64,000 nt of DNA from the IMG/VR virus record IMGVR_UViG_3300027902_000001, positions 1 to 64,000 of that record. One strand, 5' to 3'. Both the position numbers and the translations under genes were made by a program. The number at the start of each line of letters is the position of its first letter. Position 1 is the first letter of the stretch. The DNA comes from a virus. The notes beneath the pieces are model-generated. The model saw only the letters and a list, made by a program, of their open reading frames with translations. It ran no database searches and was not told the DNA's origin. Positions 46,189-55,130 of this stretch are shown here, piece by piece.

Positions 46189-46304
46189 CTTTCACCCTGT
46201 GTCCTGACTACGCCACTGCGCCGCGGGACTGCGGTCTGGTGCGGCGGCAGGGCGACTATTGCTGTACCTTCTGCGCCGAGCCGCGCAGACCAAGGAGTAA
46301 CGCC

Positions 46305-47045
46305 ATGACCGATCCACGTGCGGCCAACTGCCGAGCCTATCATCTCAACGCCGCGGGCAGGGTGGATGGCATCCACTTGATTTGGGAACCGGTGCCCTCG
46401 GCTCCCTACGCCTGCGTCTTGGCCGAACTGATTGACGAGGAAGCCGCGATGGGCAACACGGTCGTCACCGTCGAAATCCTGAATCGTGACGGCATCCAGA
46501 CGGCGGAACGCGCCCTGATGGCCTGGCCCTACGGGGAGCCGCCCGCCGCGGATGCGCCCGCCGGGCCGGGGAACACCAACAACCAATTCACCACGACCAG
46601 CACCTTTCCTTCGACCCGTAATGGCGTCGAGGTCATTGGCCCCCTGGGTTTCTTCGTCGGTAACGCCGCCAAGCAAGCCATCTCGGATGTCATTTGGGGC
46701 TATGGCTTACCGGACCATCGGCATGTCAGCGGACACGTGGTCTTCAAGGAACGCGCCGGCGCGGTGACGCCGCCGGTGGAGCCGCCCAACTATGCCACCC
46801 TGGCTGCGGCGCTGCGCGGCGAAGCCGAGGCCCATGACGTGCTGGCCGTCAACCCGGCCGCGGCGCTCTGCAAGTACGGCGCGCGCTTGGGTCTCTGGCC
46901 GACCTCCAATGAGTTCACGTTCACGTTCGGCGGCGTCAACTACGTGGCGCAGCGTTTCCGCGATCCGGGTAACGACGACGTGCATGTGCTCTCCTGCGTG
47001 GTCGGTCAGTACGGCGTCATCGGACGCCTGACCTATCGTCCCTAA
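46305..47045 (+). CDS. Putative cell-envelope-binding protein
   Basis: AAGGAG RBS; C-terminal NPAAAL....PTSNEF....YVAQRF module recalled from Chloroflexota wall-binding proteins. Confidence 0.5.
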   Translation: MTDPRAANCRAYHLNAAGRVDGIHLIWEPVPSAPYACVLAELIDEEAAMGNTVVTVEILNRDGIQTAERALMAWPYGEPPAADAPAGPGNTNNQFTTTSTFPSTRNGVEVIGPLGFFVGNAAKQAISDVIWGYGLPDHRHVSGHVVFKERAGAVTPPVEPPNYATLAAALRGEAEAHDVLAVNPAAALCKYGARLGLWPTSNEFTFTFGGVNYVAQRFRDPGNDDVHVLSCVVGQYGVIGRLTYRP

Positions 47046-47332
47046 GCGCGGCTCGCCGAGTCCCATCCTGGTCAGATGGTTGAGCTACGCAGTCTGGTGC
47101 GCGCTGATCACGCTGCTGATGGTGCTGTTGACCAGTGCTATGCCGATCAGCGCACCTTAATTGCCATTCAGGGCCGTTTGGACATTCCGGTCCGGCGTCA
47201 TCGGGGGGAGTCCTTTTGAGGGGACTCTGAGTACCCCTACCGGCTCATACTGGGTCTTCATGCCCACCTCCGGCACGTTGATGGTCGAGATGCGGCGCAA
47301 GCCGTGGCTTACGCAGACCAGATGACGCAAAC

Positions 47333-47764
47333 CTATAACTTACCGTGCTCCTTGGCGTGACACCAGTCGCAGAGCACTTTTACGTCCCACCAGTGCTCGT
47401 GCCAGAGCGAGTTGTAATGCAGATGATGAATTTGCAGATGGTGGCGATGGCCGCACGCGGCGCAGGTAGAGTGGGCTAAACGTAAAGCCGCCTGGCGCAC
47501 GCGCTGCCAGTGCGGCGTCAGCAGATAGTCGGCATAGGCCAGCGGTCGAGGGTCTACCCGCTGCTGATCCAGGAGGGGGTTGGGGTCGGGCGGCGGTGGG
47601 GGCGGCTTCCGCTGGCACAGCTTGGGCTTTTTTGGGGGCTTCTCCGCTGGCTTGGACTTACCCGGCTTGACGGGTATACCCACTTTGATCAGCTTCTGCT
47701 CATACTCCGTAAAGCTTGCCTTGAATGCTGGCGAAGGGGTCCTTCTAGGCATTACAGGGGTCAA
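47333..47764 (-). CDS. HNH endonuclease
   Basis: Y.DYL.TPHW, CAAC, LQIHH..Y, LCDWCH..EH. Confidence 0.8.
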   Translation of the reverse strand: MTPVMPRRTPSPAFKASFTEYEQKLIKVGIPVKPGKSKPAEKPPKKPKLCQRKPPPPPPDPNPLLDQQRVDPRPLAYADYLLTPHWQRVRQAALRLAHSTCAACGHRHHLQIHHLHYNSLWHEHWWDVKVLCDWCHAKEHGKL

Positions 47765-48729
47765 TTAAGTACCGTGCCCAACGTCGCGCGCCAGAGGCGC
47801 GTCAGCGGCACACCCTTGTGGAGCAACAGCAGCGGCAAGGCGTCACTGTTACGCGCGGTGCGATAGTGCGTACGACTGTCGGGAGCTAACCAACCCAAGG
47901 GCGCGGCGTGGCGGGTCTGATCTGGCGACGACTTAGAGCGTGACAAAGTTTGGCATCTGGTTTCGTCAGGTTGCGGTGCGTGCCGGTGTTGATAGTGGGC
48001 TAATCTTGCGCGGCCGATGGGTGAAGCGGTGCCGACAGTGGGTGTCATGGGGGGTGCATAAGAGTTGGGGCGATCCCACACGACGATGTATTCCCGTTCC
48101 TGGCATTCAGCATGATGATTACAGAGCTTTTCGAGGGTGTTGAAGGCTTGACCACAGCGACAGTGGTATTCGACGTGGCGGTCCGGCATGTCCCTGAAGG
48201 CGCTCGGCGGGGCAAAGGCGAAGTTCTGGCTCACCAGCACGCCGGCCTCCCGCTCCCATTGGCGCAAGGTGTTGCGCGTGACGCCGAAGATGCGCTGCAA
48301 GGCGTCTCGGCTGACCATCTCCGAACGGTCGCCATGCACGTAACGCTGCATGTAGGCGGCGTAACAGTGGGCGTAGAAGTGGCCCAGGTGCGCCAGATCG
48401 GCCAGTGCCAGCGCCACAGCGGGCGCATCGGAAGGCTCGCCGCCCAGGCGTAGCATGATGGGCTTGGCTCCGATCAGGTAGACGTAGCCGTGCCGTTCAT
48501 CCAAGCGCCACCACAGGCCGTCGCCCTTGGCGAGCAAGTTGCTGGCATGGCGCAGTTTGACGTGTAGATGCTCGCCGATGGCGTCCAATAAGACGGCTTG
48601 CGCGATACGCGTGCCGGGCGCGGTAGCCAGGGCACGCGCCAGGAGCCAGACGCGCAATAGCGCGCCTTCACCGGCTCGGTGGGCGGCTGGCATTAGGTCT
48701 GGCGGTAGCTTTACTTGGGGCACGTCCAT
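47761..48729 (-). CDS. Putative winged-helix/HTH protein with zinc finger (Rep-like)
   Basis: SRDALQRIFGVTRNTLRQWER HTH; CRC...H..C; PNSY. Confidence 0.45.
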   Translation of the reverse strand: MDVPQVKLPPDLMPAAHRAGEGALLRVWLLARALATAPGTRIAQAVLLDAIGEHLHVKLRHASNLLAKGDGLWWRLDERHGYVYLIGAKPIMLRLGGEPSDAPAVALALADLAHLGHFYAHCYAAYMQRYVHGDRSEMVSRDALQRIFGVTRNTLRQWEREAGVLVSQNFAFAPPSAFRDMPDRHVEYHCRCGQAFNTLEKLCNHHAECQEREYIVVWDRPNSYAPPMTPTVGTASPIGRARLAHYQHRHAPQPDETRCQTLSRSKSSPDQTRHAAPLGWLAPDSRTHYRTARNSDALPLLLLHKGVPLTRLWRATLGTVLN

Positions 48730-48744
48730 GAGGATACACCGATG

Positions 48745-48880
48745 CGGACAAAGTTCACGACACTAACCTGACGATTTCCTGACATTTAGCTGACGCGTAT
48801 GATTTGTTGACACCAAAAGTTACAGCTTGCTGACGCCAGTCTGACAATCAGCAGACATGCAGCAGACAAAACGCCCGACC
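48745..48880. repeat. Helically phased (C)TGAC/CAGAC repeats
   Basis: CTGAC at 48768, 48779, 48790, 48830 and 48841; CAGAC at 48852 and 48863 (11-bp period). Confidence 0.7.
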
Positions 48881-48886
48881 TATAGG

Positions 48887-49129
48887 TCAGGCGATCTTGT
48901 ACATGGTGACGACTTGTTCAGCTTGCGGCACGACGATCTCGCCCTTGATCAGCAGATGCGCGCCTTCGGGCCAGTAGCCGGTATCCGAGCAATCATCATC
49001 TGGCAAGGCTGATAGGAATTGAGGGTGATCGCCGTAATCGCCAGCGCCGATGTCTCTGGCGAGCTTGCCAGGATCAATCCGTTCGACATAGGTGTCGCCG
49101 TCACTGTTCCAGATCAGAAAGTAGGTCAT
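48887..49129 (-). CDS. Hypothetical phage protein
   Basis: YF.I.NSDGDT..IKGEIVVP motif; AAGGAG RBS. Confidence 0.6.
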   Translation of the reverse strand: MTYFLIWNSDGDTYVERIDPGKLARDIGAGDYGDHPQFLSALPDDDCSDTGYWPEGAHLLIKGEIVVPQAEQVVTMYKIA

Positions 49130-49452
49130 GGTTGCTCCTTCGTGTGCGTCTTGACGATATGCACGCGCAGCCCGCGCGCTGTGTCGAAGCGATTACTCTT
49201 GCCCTGGCAGGCCGGCAGGCGGCACTCGTACTTACCCCGGTGATTGGGGATATGGCGGGCAAGCCCAAGCAGGTTGACGGACGCGTGGCAGATGGGGCAG
49301 ATGACAGTCGGCACTTCGGGCGGCACGATGTAGTAGTCGTCAGCCAGCCAATCGTTGACGACCTGCGCGCCGTACTTGCGCTTGGCGGCCTTGTAGATGG
49401 CGGCCACCATGTCAGCTTCGCGTGCGAGTTGGATGTGTGACGGGATGGTCAT
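49126..49452 (-). CDS. C2H2 zinc-finger protein
   Basis: CPIC..H...H and C....C..H....H. Confidence 0.6.
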   Translation of the reverse strand: MTIPSHIQLAREADMVAAIYKAAKRKYGAQVVNDWLADDYYIVPPEVPTVICPICHASVNLLGLARHIPNHRGKYECRLPACQGKSNRFDTARGLRVHIVKTHTKEQP

Positions 49453-49679
49453 AGCTCGGTCTCCGCGGGCGCGATGATGCTGAATTCGTAGCCTGGGCCG
49501 AGTATCACGTACTTGTTGTCAGGGAACAGCATACGCATCAGCTTCTCGGTTTCTGCGAGGTCAAATAGTCTCAGCGTGCGAGGCGTCTTTAGCACGATCA
49601 CGTCGCCAGGTTCCAGATGCAGGCGTTGGACATCGCCGATGTAGCGCAGCGGCGGGTTGGGGGATGGCTGATCGTTCAT
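49449..49679 (-). CDS. Hypothetical protein
   Basis: RLHLEPGDVIVLK motif. Confidence 0.55.
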   Translation of the reverse strand: MNDQPSPNPPLRYIGDVQRLHLEPGDVIVLKTPRTLRLFDLAETEKLMRMLFPDNKYVILGPGYEFSIIAPAETEL

Positions 49680-49681
49680 GG

Positions 49682-49782
49682 CAAAACAAAACTCCTGCGC
49701 ATTGGTTGAGGCCGACCGCCGACTGAAGGCTTTCGCGTTGACAAAACGCTAGGCAAGTCGGCTCCCACCATTGAGCAGGAGT
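49682..49782 (-). terminator. Long leader hairpin with U-tract (attenuator-like)
   Basis: ACTCCTGC..GCCGAC / GTCGGC..GCAGGAGT followed by TTTGTTTT immediately before ATG. Confidence 0.5.
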
Positions 49783-49840
49783 CTATGTGCCTTCAGTCTA
49801 CTTGGTACTAGCTTGGGGCTGTCAGTTCCCAGGCGCTTAT

Positions 49841-49869
49841 ATCTTACAGCGTTTCTCTGATCTTGTCAA
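49841..49869 (-). promoter_or_regulatory. Sigma70-type promoter for the reverse cassette
   Basis: TTGACA-N17-TAAGAT. Confidence 0.65.
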
Positions 49870-49887
49870 GTGGGTATATAATAAGTC

Positions 49888-50535
49888 ATGCCTACCACGC
49901 GTCTCCCCGCTTACATCTTCGACCGCCGCATGTTTGGCGGTGGCCGCTACCGTCGCCTGCTGCCGGATGGCCGCCTGGGCGCGCTGGTCTCGCAGCGCGA
50001 GCTAGAAGCCGGGCTGCGCGAAATCGCCCTGCGCGCCGAGACGACGCTGGCCGATCTAGCCGAGGACGTGCTGGCGGGGCGACTGCTGCCCGCCGACTTC
50101 CAACAGGCGGGCCAGTACATTCTGAAGCATCTCTACAACGCCTACTCGGCTCTCGCGCGCGGCGGTTGGGCGCAGATGGACTTCGCCGCGTGGGGGGCAA
50201 ACGGTCAAATTTTACGAGGAGAATATCGCCTACTCGCAAAATTTTCGGCAGAGTTGGCGCAGGGTGAAATGTCGGTTGCGGCGGCCCGCGCCCGCGCTAT
50301 GCTGTATGTCGGCAAAGCCTACAGTCGCTACTGGGCTGAAGATCGCGTGCTGAAGCTCACCAGCGGCGCGTTCACCGAGGAGCGTTGGGAGGACACCAAG
50401 GGGCCGCAGGAATGTGTGGATTGTCTGGCTTTAGCGGCTTTAGGTTGGGTGCCCATCGGGACATTCAACACCGTACCCGGCGCAGGTGGCACCAAATGTG
50501 GCGGGGCCTGCTACTGCCGTATCCGCTATCGCTGA
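49888..50535 (+). CDS. Head morphogenesis (MuF-like) protein
   Basis: C-terminal ECVDC....GW.P....PG...C...C.C.I.Y; probably leaderless (TATAAT 5 nt before ATG). Confidence 0.6.
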   Translation: MPTTRLPAYIFDRRMFGGGRYRRLLPDGRLGALVSQRELEAGLREIALRAETTLADLAEDVLAGRLLPADFQQAGQYILKHLYNAYSALARGGWAQMDFAAWGANGQILRGEYRLLAKFSAELAQGEMSVAAARARAMLYVGKAYSRYWAEDRVLKLTSGAFTEERWEDTKGPQECVDCLALAALGWVPIGTFNTVPGAGGTKCGGACYCRIRYR

Positions 50536-50608
50536 GGTAGCATGTCGAATTGCCGTATCTTGACAAGTGGGTGTATCATATAAGCATCCACCAGTCATCA
50601 GGAGTATC

Positions 50609-51214
50609 GTGCCTACCAGTGGGCTAATCATTCAGAAAACCGTGCGGGTGGCCGCCGATCCAGCCTTTCAAGCGCGCAAGCTGGACATTTTGCGCACGGT
50701 GGCCGCCAAGTATCAATCCAAGGCGCGCACTGAGTCGATGCGCCGTACCGGTCTTGGCCCCGGCGTGGTGACAGGCCGTTTGGTCGAGTCGATTCAAGTC
50801 ATTGGTCCCCTGGTGTTCTCAACCGGCAAAAGTACCCGCATCACCATCTACGCCTCGCGCAAGGTCGCTCCCCACGCCCTCTGGCAAGAAGAAGGCACCG
50901 GTATCTATGGCCCAGCCGGCACGCCGATTGTCTCACCGACCGGCAAGAAGATGTCCTGGACGCAGGTTGGCCGCGCCTATCGCGGGCCGTTCGTCAAGGC
51001 GCGGATTATCGCCAAGACGCGCATCGGCTCGCGCAAGACCGCCAAGGGGCGCACGCGCGGCGTCTACGAGAACACCTATCAGCAATTCGCCAGCCAGGTC
51101 AAAGGCTCGCGCCCCAAGCGTTTCATGGCCAGCGCGGGAGCCGACCCGGCGATTGCGGCGTACTATCAGGAGCAGGTGGCCGCGCTGGCGCGCACCGCCA
51201 TTAGAATCACTTGA
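50609..51214 (+). CDS. HK97 gp10-like neck/tail completion protein
   Basis: VTGRLVESI, A.WQEEGTGIYGP, VKGSRPKRFM. Confidence 0.65.
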   Translation: MPTSGLIIQKTVRVAADPAFQARKLDILRTVAAKYQSKARTESMRRTGLGPGVVTGRLVESIQVIGPLVFSTGKSTRITIYASRKVAPHALWQEEGTGIYGPAGTPIVSPTGKKMSWTQVGRAYRGPFVKARIIAKTRIGSRKTAKGRTRGVYENTYQQFASQVKGSRPKRFMASAGADPAIAAYYQEQVAALARTAIRIT

Positions 51215-51226
51215 AGGAGTCAGCCC

Positions 51227-51289
51227 ATGACTAAGCCCAAGAAATCCGGTGGCAAGGGTAAGAGCGGCAAAGGTGGCTGCGGCAAGTAG
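51227..51289 (+). CDS. Tiny basic peptide (20 aa)
   Basis: AAGGAG RBS; MTKPKKSGGKGKSGKGGCGK; stop overlaps the next RBS. Confidence 0.5.
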   Translation: MTKPKKSGGKGKSGKGGCGK

Positions 51290-51298
51290 GAGGTCAAG

Positions 51299-51535
51299 AT
51301 GGATACTTTGAAGTTTCTGCTCCAGGACAGCCGTTTCTACGCCGCGCTGTTGGCGTTCCTGAACGTGCTGGTGTTCTACTTCTGGCCGACCTTCCCCAAG
51401 GAAGTGTGGGCGGCGATCAACGTGTTCGCCGGGGTGATCCTGGCGCTGTTGGTGTCCTACGGCTCAGTCAAGCAGACGCGCGCGTTGCGGGCGCAGCGGG
51501 CTGTCAATGCCGAGACGCGACCGGCAGCGGAGTAA
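51299..51535 (+). CDS. Holin-like two-TM protein
   Basis: SRFY.ALL, two TM segments, basic tail; AGGAGG RBS. Confidence 0.55.
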   Translation: MDTLKFLLQDSRFYAALLAFLNVLVFYFWPTFPKEVWAAINVFAGVILALLVSYGSVKQTRALRAQRAVNAETRPAAE

Positions 51536-51541
51536 TGACCG

Positions 51542-53179
51542 ATGCCCTACAGCGGCGCGGGTGACGAAGGTTTGCCCAAGGCGGTCAAGAAGCTGCCGCG
51601 GGACTTGCGCGAGTTGTGGGTGCGGGTCTTCAACGAGAACTACGACGCCGAGGATGAGGGCCAGGGTTTCAAGGTGGCCTGGGGCGTCATTCGCAAGGTG
51701 CAATCCGTGCGCAATGCTAAGGAGTGGGCTAACGTGGATATGAAAGATATTCGGGCCTGGTTGAGTGGCAGTAAGACCGTGCCTGCCGCGCCTGACACGC
51801 CGTTGCCGGTCAGTGATGGTGCGAAGGCTACAGAGGACTCGTCCGTGGGCGATTATCCGCCAGGTCAACTTTGTCCTGAGTGCGAAGCCGACCTGGAACT
51901 GCCTGACGCCGGCTGGTACAAGTGCGGCGGCTGCGGCGCAGTCCTCTGTGATGAAGCGTCAGATAGCGACGTTGAGGACTACAAGCTCCACAACGCTGCC
52001 GCGGCCCAAAAGCTGGGCCTCGGCGAGCCGCCCGCCAACCCGCCCATCGCCAAGGTCATCAAGCGCGCCGACGAGAAAGCTGAGAATGCCAAGGCGTTCC
52101 GCAGCGAGTTCAAAGCTTACGCGCAGGCCGATGGCCGCACGCGCTGGACGCTGATCGCCAGCGGCGGCTTTCAGGATCGGGACGGCGAGATTGTCTCGAC
52201 CCCCTTCTTGGACAGCGCCGTCGAGTACGCCGCCAAGTCGGGCGACCGCGGCCCGCTGTTGATCTGGCACATTCCCGGCAGCGATATCGGCACTTGCGAT
52301 ACACAGGTCGTGATCGGCCAGCCTGGTTTCTTGCTGGAATCCGGCCTGTTTCTGGACTCCCCGCGCGGCCAACGCGCGGCGAAGTATTACCGCGCGCACG
52401 CCGCCGACTACGGGGCGTCGATTCAGTTCTTGTGGGCCAACCGCGCCGAAGGGGTCTACCTGCCCCCCGGCTGTATCCTGGAACGTTCCCTGTTGCCGCG
52501 CAGCAAGGCCGCGTTCCCCTGGTCGGGCCTGCACACGAAGGAGCTTGACATGGGTACATCGAAACAACCACGCGCGGACGCCGTGGCCGAACTGGCCGCC
52601 GTCCTGGGCGACGACGAGGCCAAGCGCATCGTCGAGCAACTGGAAGCCAGCGCCAAAGACCTGACCGGCCTGGGCGTGCGCTTCAAGGAAGCTGAGGTGG
52701 TTGCTGAGGCCGCGCCGGTCGCGCCCGCAGCCGAGGCCAAGGCAGCCGACGCGCCTGCGCCGGAGCCAGCGGTCGCAGAGGAGCCGGTCGCCAACGCTGA
52801 AACCAAGGCTACGCCGGAGCCGGGCCTGCCCGCCCCTGCCGAGATCAGCCAGGTGGAAATCGTCTTCCCGCCCGCGACGCTGGCGACGATGGCCAAGGCG
52901 GTCTCTGACAGCATGGGGGGCCAGTTCGCCGCCCTGACGGCCCGTCTGGCCACGCTGGAAGGCAGCGTGCAGGGCCTGTTGGCCGGCCTGGAGGTACTGA
53001 AGGCCGCCGACGACGCCAAGATCGCCGAGAAGGTCGCACATCTGCCGCGCGCCACCGTGAAGTTCATGCAGGAGCCGGTGCAGCGCCCCACGCAGCGCAC
53101 GCCGGAGGCCGGTGACGGCACGGCGCAGAAGTCGCTGGCCGATGTGGAGCACGAAACCCTCTACGGCAAACCAACCTGA
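51542..53179 (+). CDS. ChaB domain plus zinc ribbon plus prohead protease/scaffold
   Basis: MPY..LP.AVK.LP....W..VFN..AWG (ChaB); DRDGEI, LL.WH, GASI, ERSLL (HK97-type protease); coiled-coil tail; precedes the capsid gene. Confidence 0.7.
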   Translation: MPYSGAGDEGLPKAVKKLPRDLRELWVRVFNENYDAEDEGQGFKVAWGVIRKVQSVRNAKEWANVDMKDIRAWLSGSKTVPAAPDTPLPVSDGAKATEDSSVGDYPPGQLCPECEADLELPDAGWYKCGGCGAVLCDEASDSDVEDYKLHNAAAAQKLGLGEPPANPPIAKVIKRADEKAENAKAFRSEFKAYAQADGRTRWTLIASGGFQDRDGEIVSTPFLDSAVEYAAKSGDRGPLLIWHIPGSDIGTCDTQVVIGQPGFLLESGLFLDSPRGQRAAKYYRAHAADYGASIQFLWANRAEGVYLPPGCILERSLLPRSKAAFPWSGLHTKELDMGTSKQPRADAVAELAAVLGDDEAKRIVEQLEASAKDLTGLGVRFKEAEVVAEAAPVAPAAEAKAADAPAPEPAVAEEPVANAETKATPEPGLPAPAEISQVEIVFPPATLATMAKAVSDSMGGQFAALTARLATLEGSVQGLLAGLEVLKAADDAKIAEKVAHLPRATVKFMQEPVQRPTQRTPEAGDGTAQKSLADVEHETLYGKPT

Positions 53180-53207
53180 CTGTAAGCGGACGCAAGTCCG
53201 CGGGAGC

Positions 53208-54620
53208 ATGACGATGGGACTGAATATTGATTCCGAGACCCTGATGCGGGGCCTGCTGGCGCTCGCCCAGGGTAATGTCAATATCAATCAACCGGGCGGC
53301 TATCGAAGCAGCAAGGAAGCCTCGCTGACCCTTTCGACCCTGCCCACCTTTTTCGGCTGTTGCGGCCTGTTCAATATGTGCGGGTCGAACGACCTGCTCA
53401 GCCTGACTCTCGAAGCCGAACCGCTCATCGACTGGATCGGCTTCCGCGCCAACGACGAGTGCAACCAGTTCGTCAAGCTCGTCACCTACGTCGGCCCGGC
53501 GGGTACTTCTACGGACGCCGAAGCCACCGGAGCGACCGCCGCCTGCGCTAATGCGCCGGGCGTCGAGTTCGGCACCTGCGAAGTGCTGCTGCCCGGCAAG
53601 GGCCGTCTCAAGCGGGCCGGCCCGGTGCGCGACATCACCGAGAACAACGTCAAGCTGTGTGATGCTTACCCCACCTTCCGCAAGGACGGCACGCAAATCA
53701 CCGACGAACTGGCCTGGACCCTGACCCTGGCGGGCATCGCCATGAAGCAGGATTTCAAGCGCATGTTGATCACCGGCAACGCCGCTACCACCGGGCAGTT
53801 CGCCGGCCTGCAAGCCCTGGTCAACACCGGCTACGCCAACGTGCATGACTCGCGGCGCTGCTCGGATATGGACTCCTACGTCCTCAACTGGGGCAGCAAC
53901 GTGATGACGGCCACCCGCAACGGCTTCGAGTTGGTGGACTACCTGATCGACATCATTCGTCGCATCCAACTGCGGGCGCAGTGGTCGAACCTGGGCACCA
54001 TCGGCGACGGCGACATGGTCCTGATGATGCCGAGTCACCTGCGCGACTGCCTGCTGGACACCTTCACCTGCTGGTCGGTGTGCTCCACCGGCAACACGCT
54101 GGTCTGGCTCAACCCTGAACAGCGCGCCTTCCGCAACACCCTGAACGGCGGCACCTTCGGCATGGGCCAAATCTTCGTCGATGGGCGGGCCATCCCGATC
54201 ATCACCTACGACTGGACGACCATGACCCAGGCTGCGCCGGCCTTCGTCGGCGACATCTACGTGCTGACCCGGCGCATTGGCAACATGCCGGTGCTGATGG
54301 GCCAGTATTACGACATGACACAGCCGGCCAACAGAATGACCGAGGTGGCTGGCTCGACCCACTACCAGGCGACAGACGGCGGCAAGTATCTGGGCTACTG
54401 GAAGTACGACAACGAGTGCTTCCAGGGCACCATCGTCTTCCGCCCGAACCTCTATCTGTCGGCCCCCTGGGCGCAGGCGCGCATCCAGAACGTGGCGTGC
54501 ACGCGACCGCTCAGCCCGATCTCCCCGGACCCGACTTCGAGCTACTACGCCGAGCAGTACCTCAACCCGGCGCTCTGCCCCGAAGACTACCTGGACGTGA
54601 GCCAGGACAGCGGACGCTAA
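53208..54620 (+). CDS. Major capsid protein
   Basis: 470 aa after the protease/scaffold, strongly biased codons, followed by a strong hairpin; LITGN...QFAGL motif. Confidence 0.75.
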   Translation: MTMGLNIDSETLMRGLLALAQGNVNINQPGGYRSSKEASLTLSTLPTFFGCCGLFNMCGSNDLLSLTLEAEPLIDWIGFRANDECNQFVKLVTYVGPAGTSTDAEATGATAACANAPGVEFGTCEVLLPGKGRLKRAGPVRDITENNVKLCDAYPTFRKDGTQITDELAWTLTLAGIAMKQDFKRMLITGNAATTGQFAGLQALVNTGYANVHDSRRCSDMDSYVLNWGSNVMTATRNGFELVDYLIDIIRRIQLRAQWSNLGTIGDGDMVLMMPSHLRDCLLDTFTCWSVCSTGNTLVWLNPEQRAFRNTLNGGTFGMGQIFVDGRAIPIITYDWTTMTQAAPAFVGDIYVLTRRIGNMPVLMGQYYDMTQPANRMTEVAGSTHYQATDGGKYLGYWKYDNECFQGTIVFRPNLYLSAPWAQARIQNVACTRPLSPISPDPTSSYYAEQYLNPALCPEDYLDVSQDSGR

Positions 54621-54623
54621 ACG

Positions 54624-54657
54624 TAAACGGGGCGGTCTACCAAGGCCGCCCCGTTTA
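54624..54657 (+). terminator. Stem-loop after the capsid gene
   Basis: TAAACGGGGCGG-TCTACCAAGG-CCGCCCCGTTTA; weak U-tract. Confidence 0.6.
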
Positions 54658-54679
54658 GCAAGCAGCATAGGAGTTGACC

Positions 54680-54997
54680 ATGCCGACCCAGAAAACCATC
54701 CCGTTCACGCTGGAAATCAAAGAGGTGCCGCCGAAGCCCGACTTTTTTCCAGCAGTTGATCCAACTGCTCAGGCAGTTCTTAGAGGCACTGTGGCGACTT
54801 TTGCAGTCAGCTTTACTACAGTGGCTGGCTATGCAAATCCAATCGCTCTCAATGTCCTCGGGCTTCCCGATGGAGCCGTGGCCTCCTTCGGCGTGAACCC
54901 GGCTATGCCGACCGATGTGGTCAGCCTGACCATCACGACCGATGCGGAAGTGGGCGTCTACAACCTGTTGGTTGAGGCGACCGAGGTCGTAGTTTAG
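54680..54997 (+). CDS. Ig-like decoration protein
   Basis: GLPDGAVASF, VSLTITT, G.YNL.V.AT beta-sandwich pattern. Confidence 0.55.
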   Translation: MPTQKTIPFTLEIKEVPPKPDFFPAVDPTAQAVLRGTVATFAVSFTTVAGYANPIALNVLGLPDGAVASFGVNPAMPTDVVSLTITTDAEVGVYNLLVEATEVVV

Positions 54998-55130
54998 CCG
55001 GTTGGGTTGGACCCCGCCGGGGTGTTCCTCCTCTTTGTGAGCCGGAGATCGGTCTTGTTAATCGGTCTCCGGCGAATAATGCGGGATAGTGGACGCCGGT
55101 CGGGCGGCGATGGATAGGAGCAGTACAATA

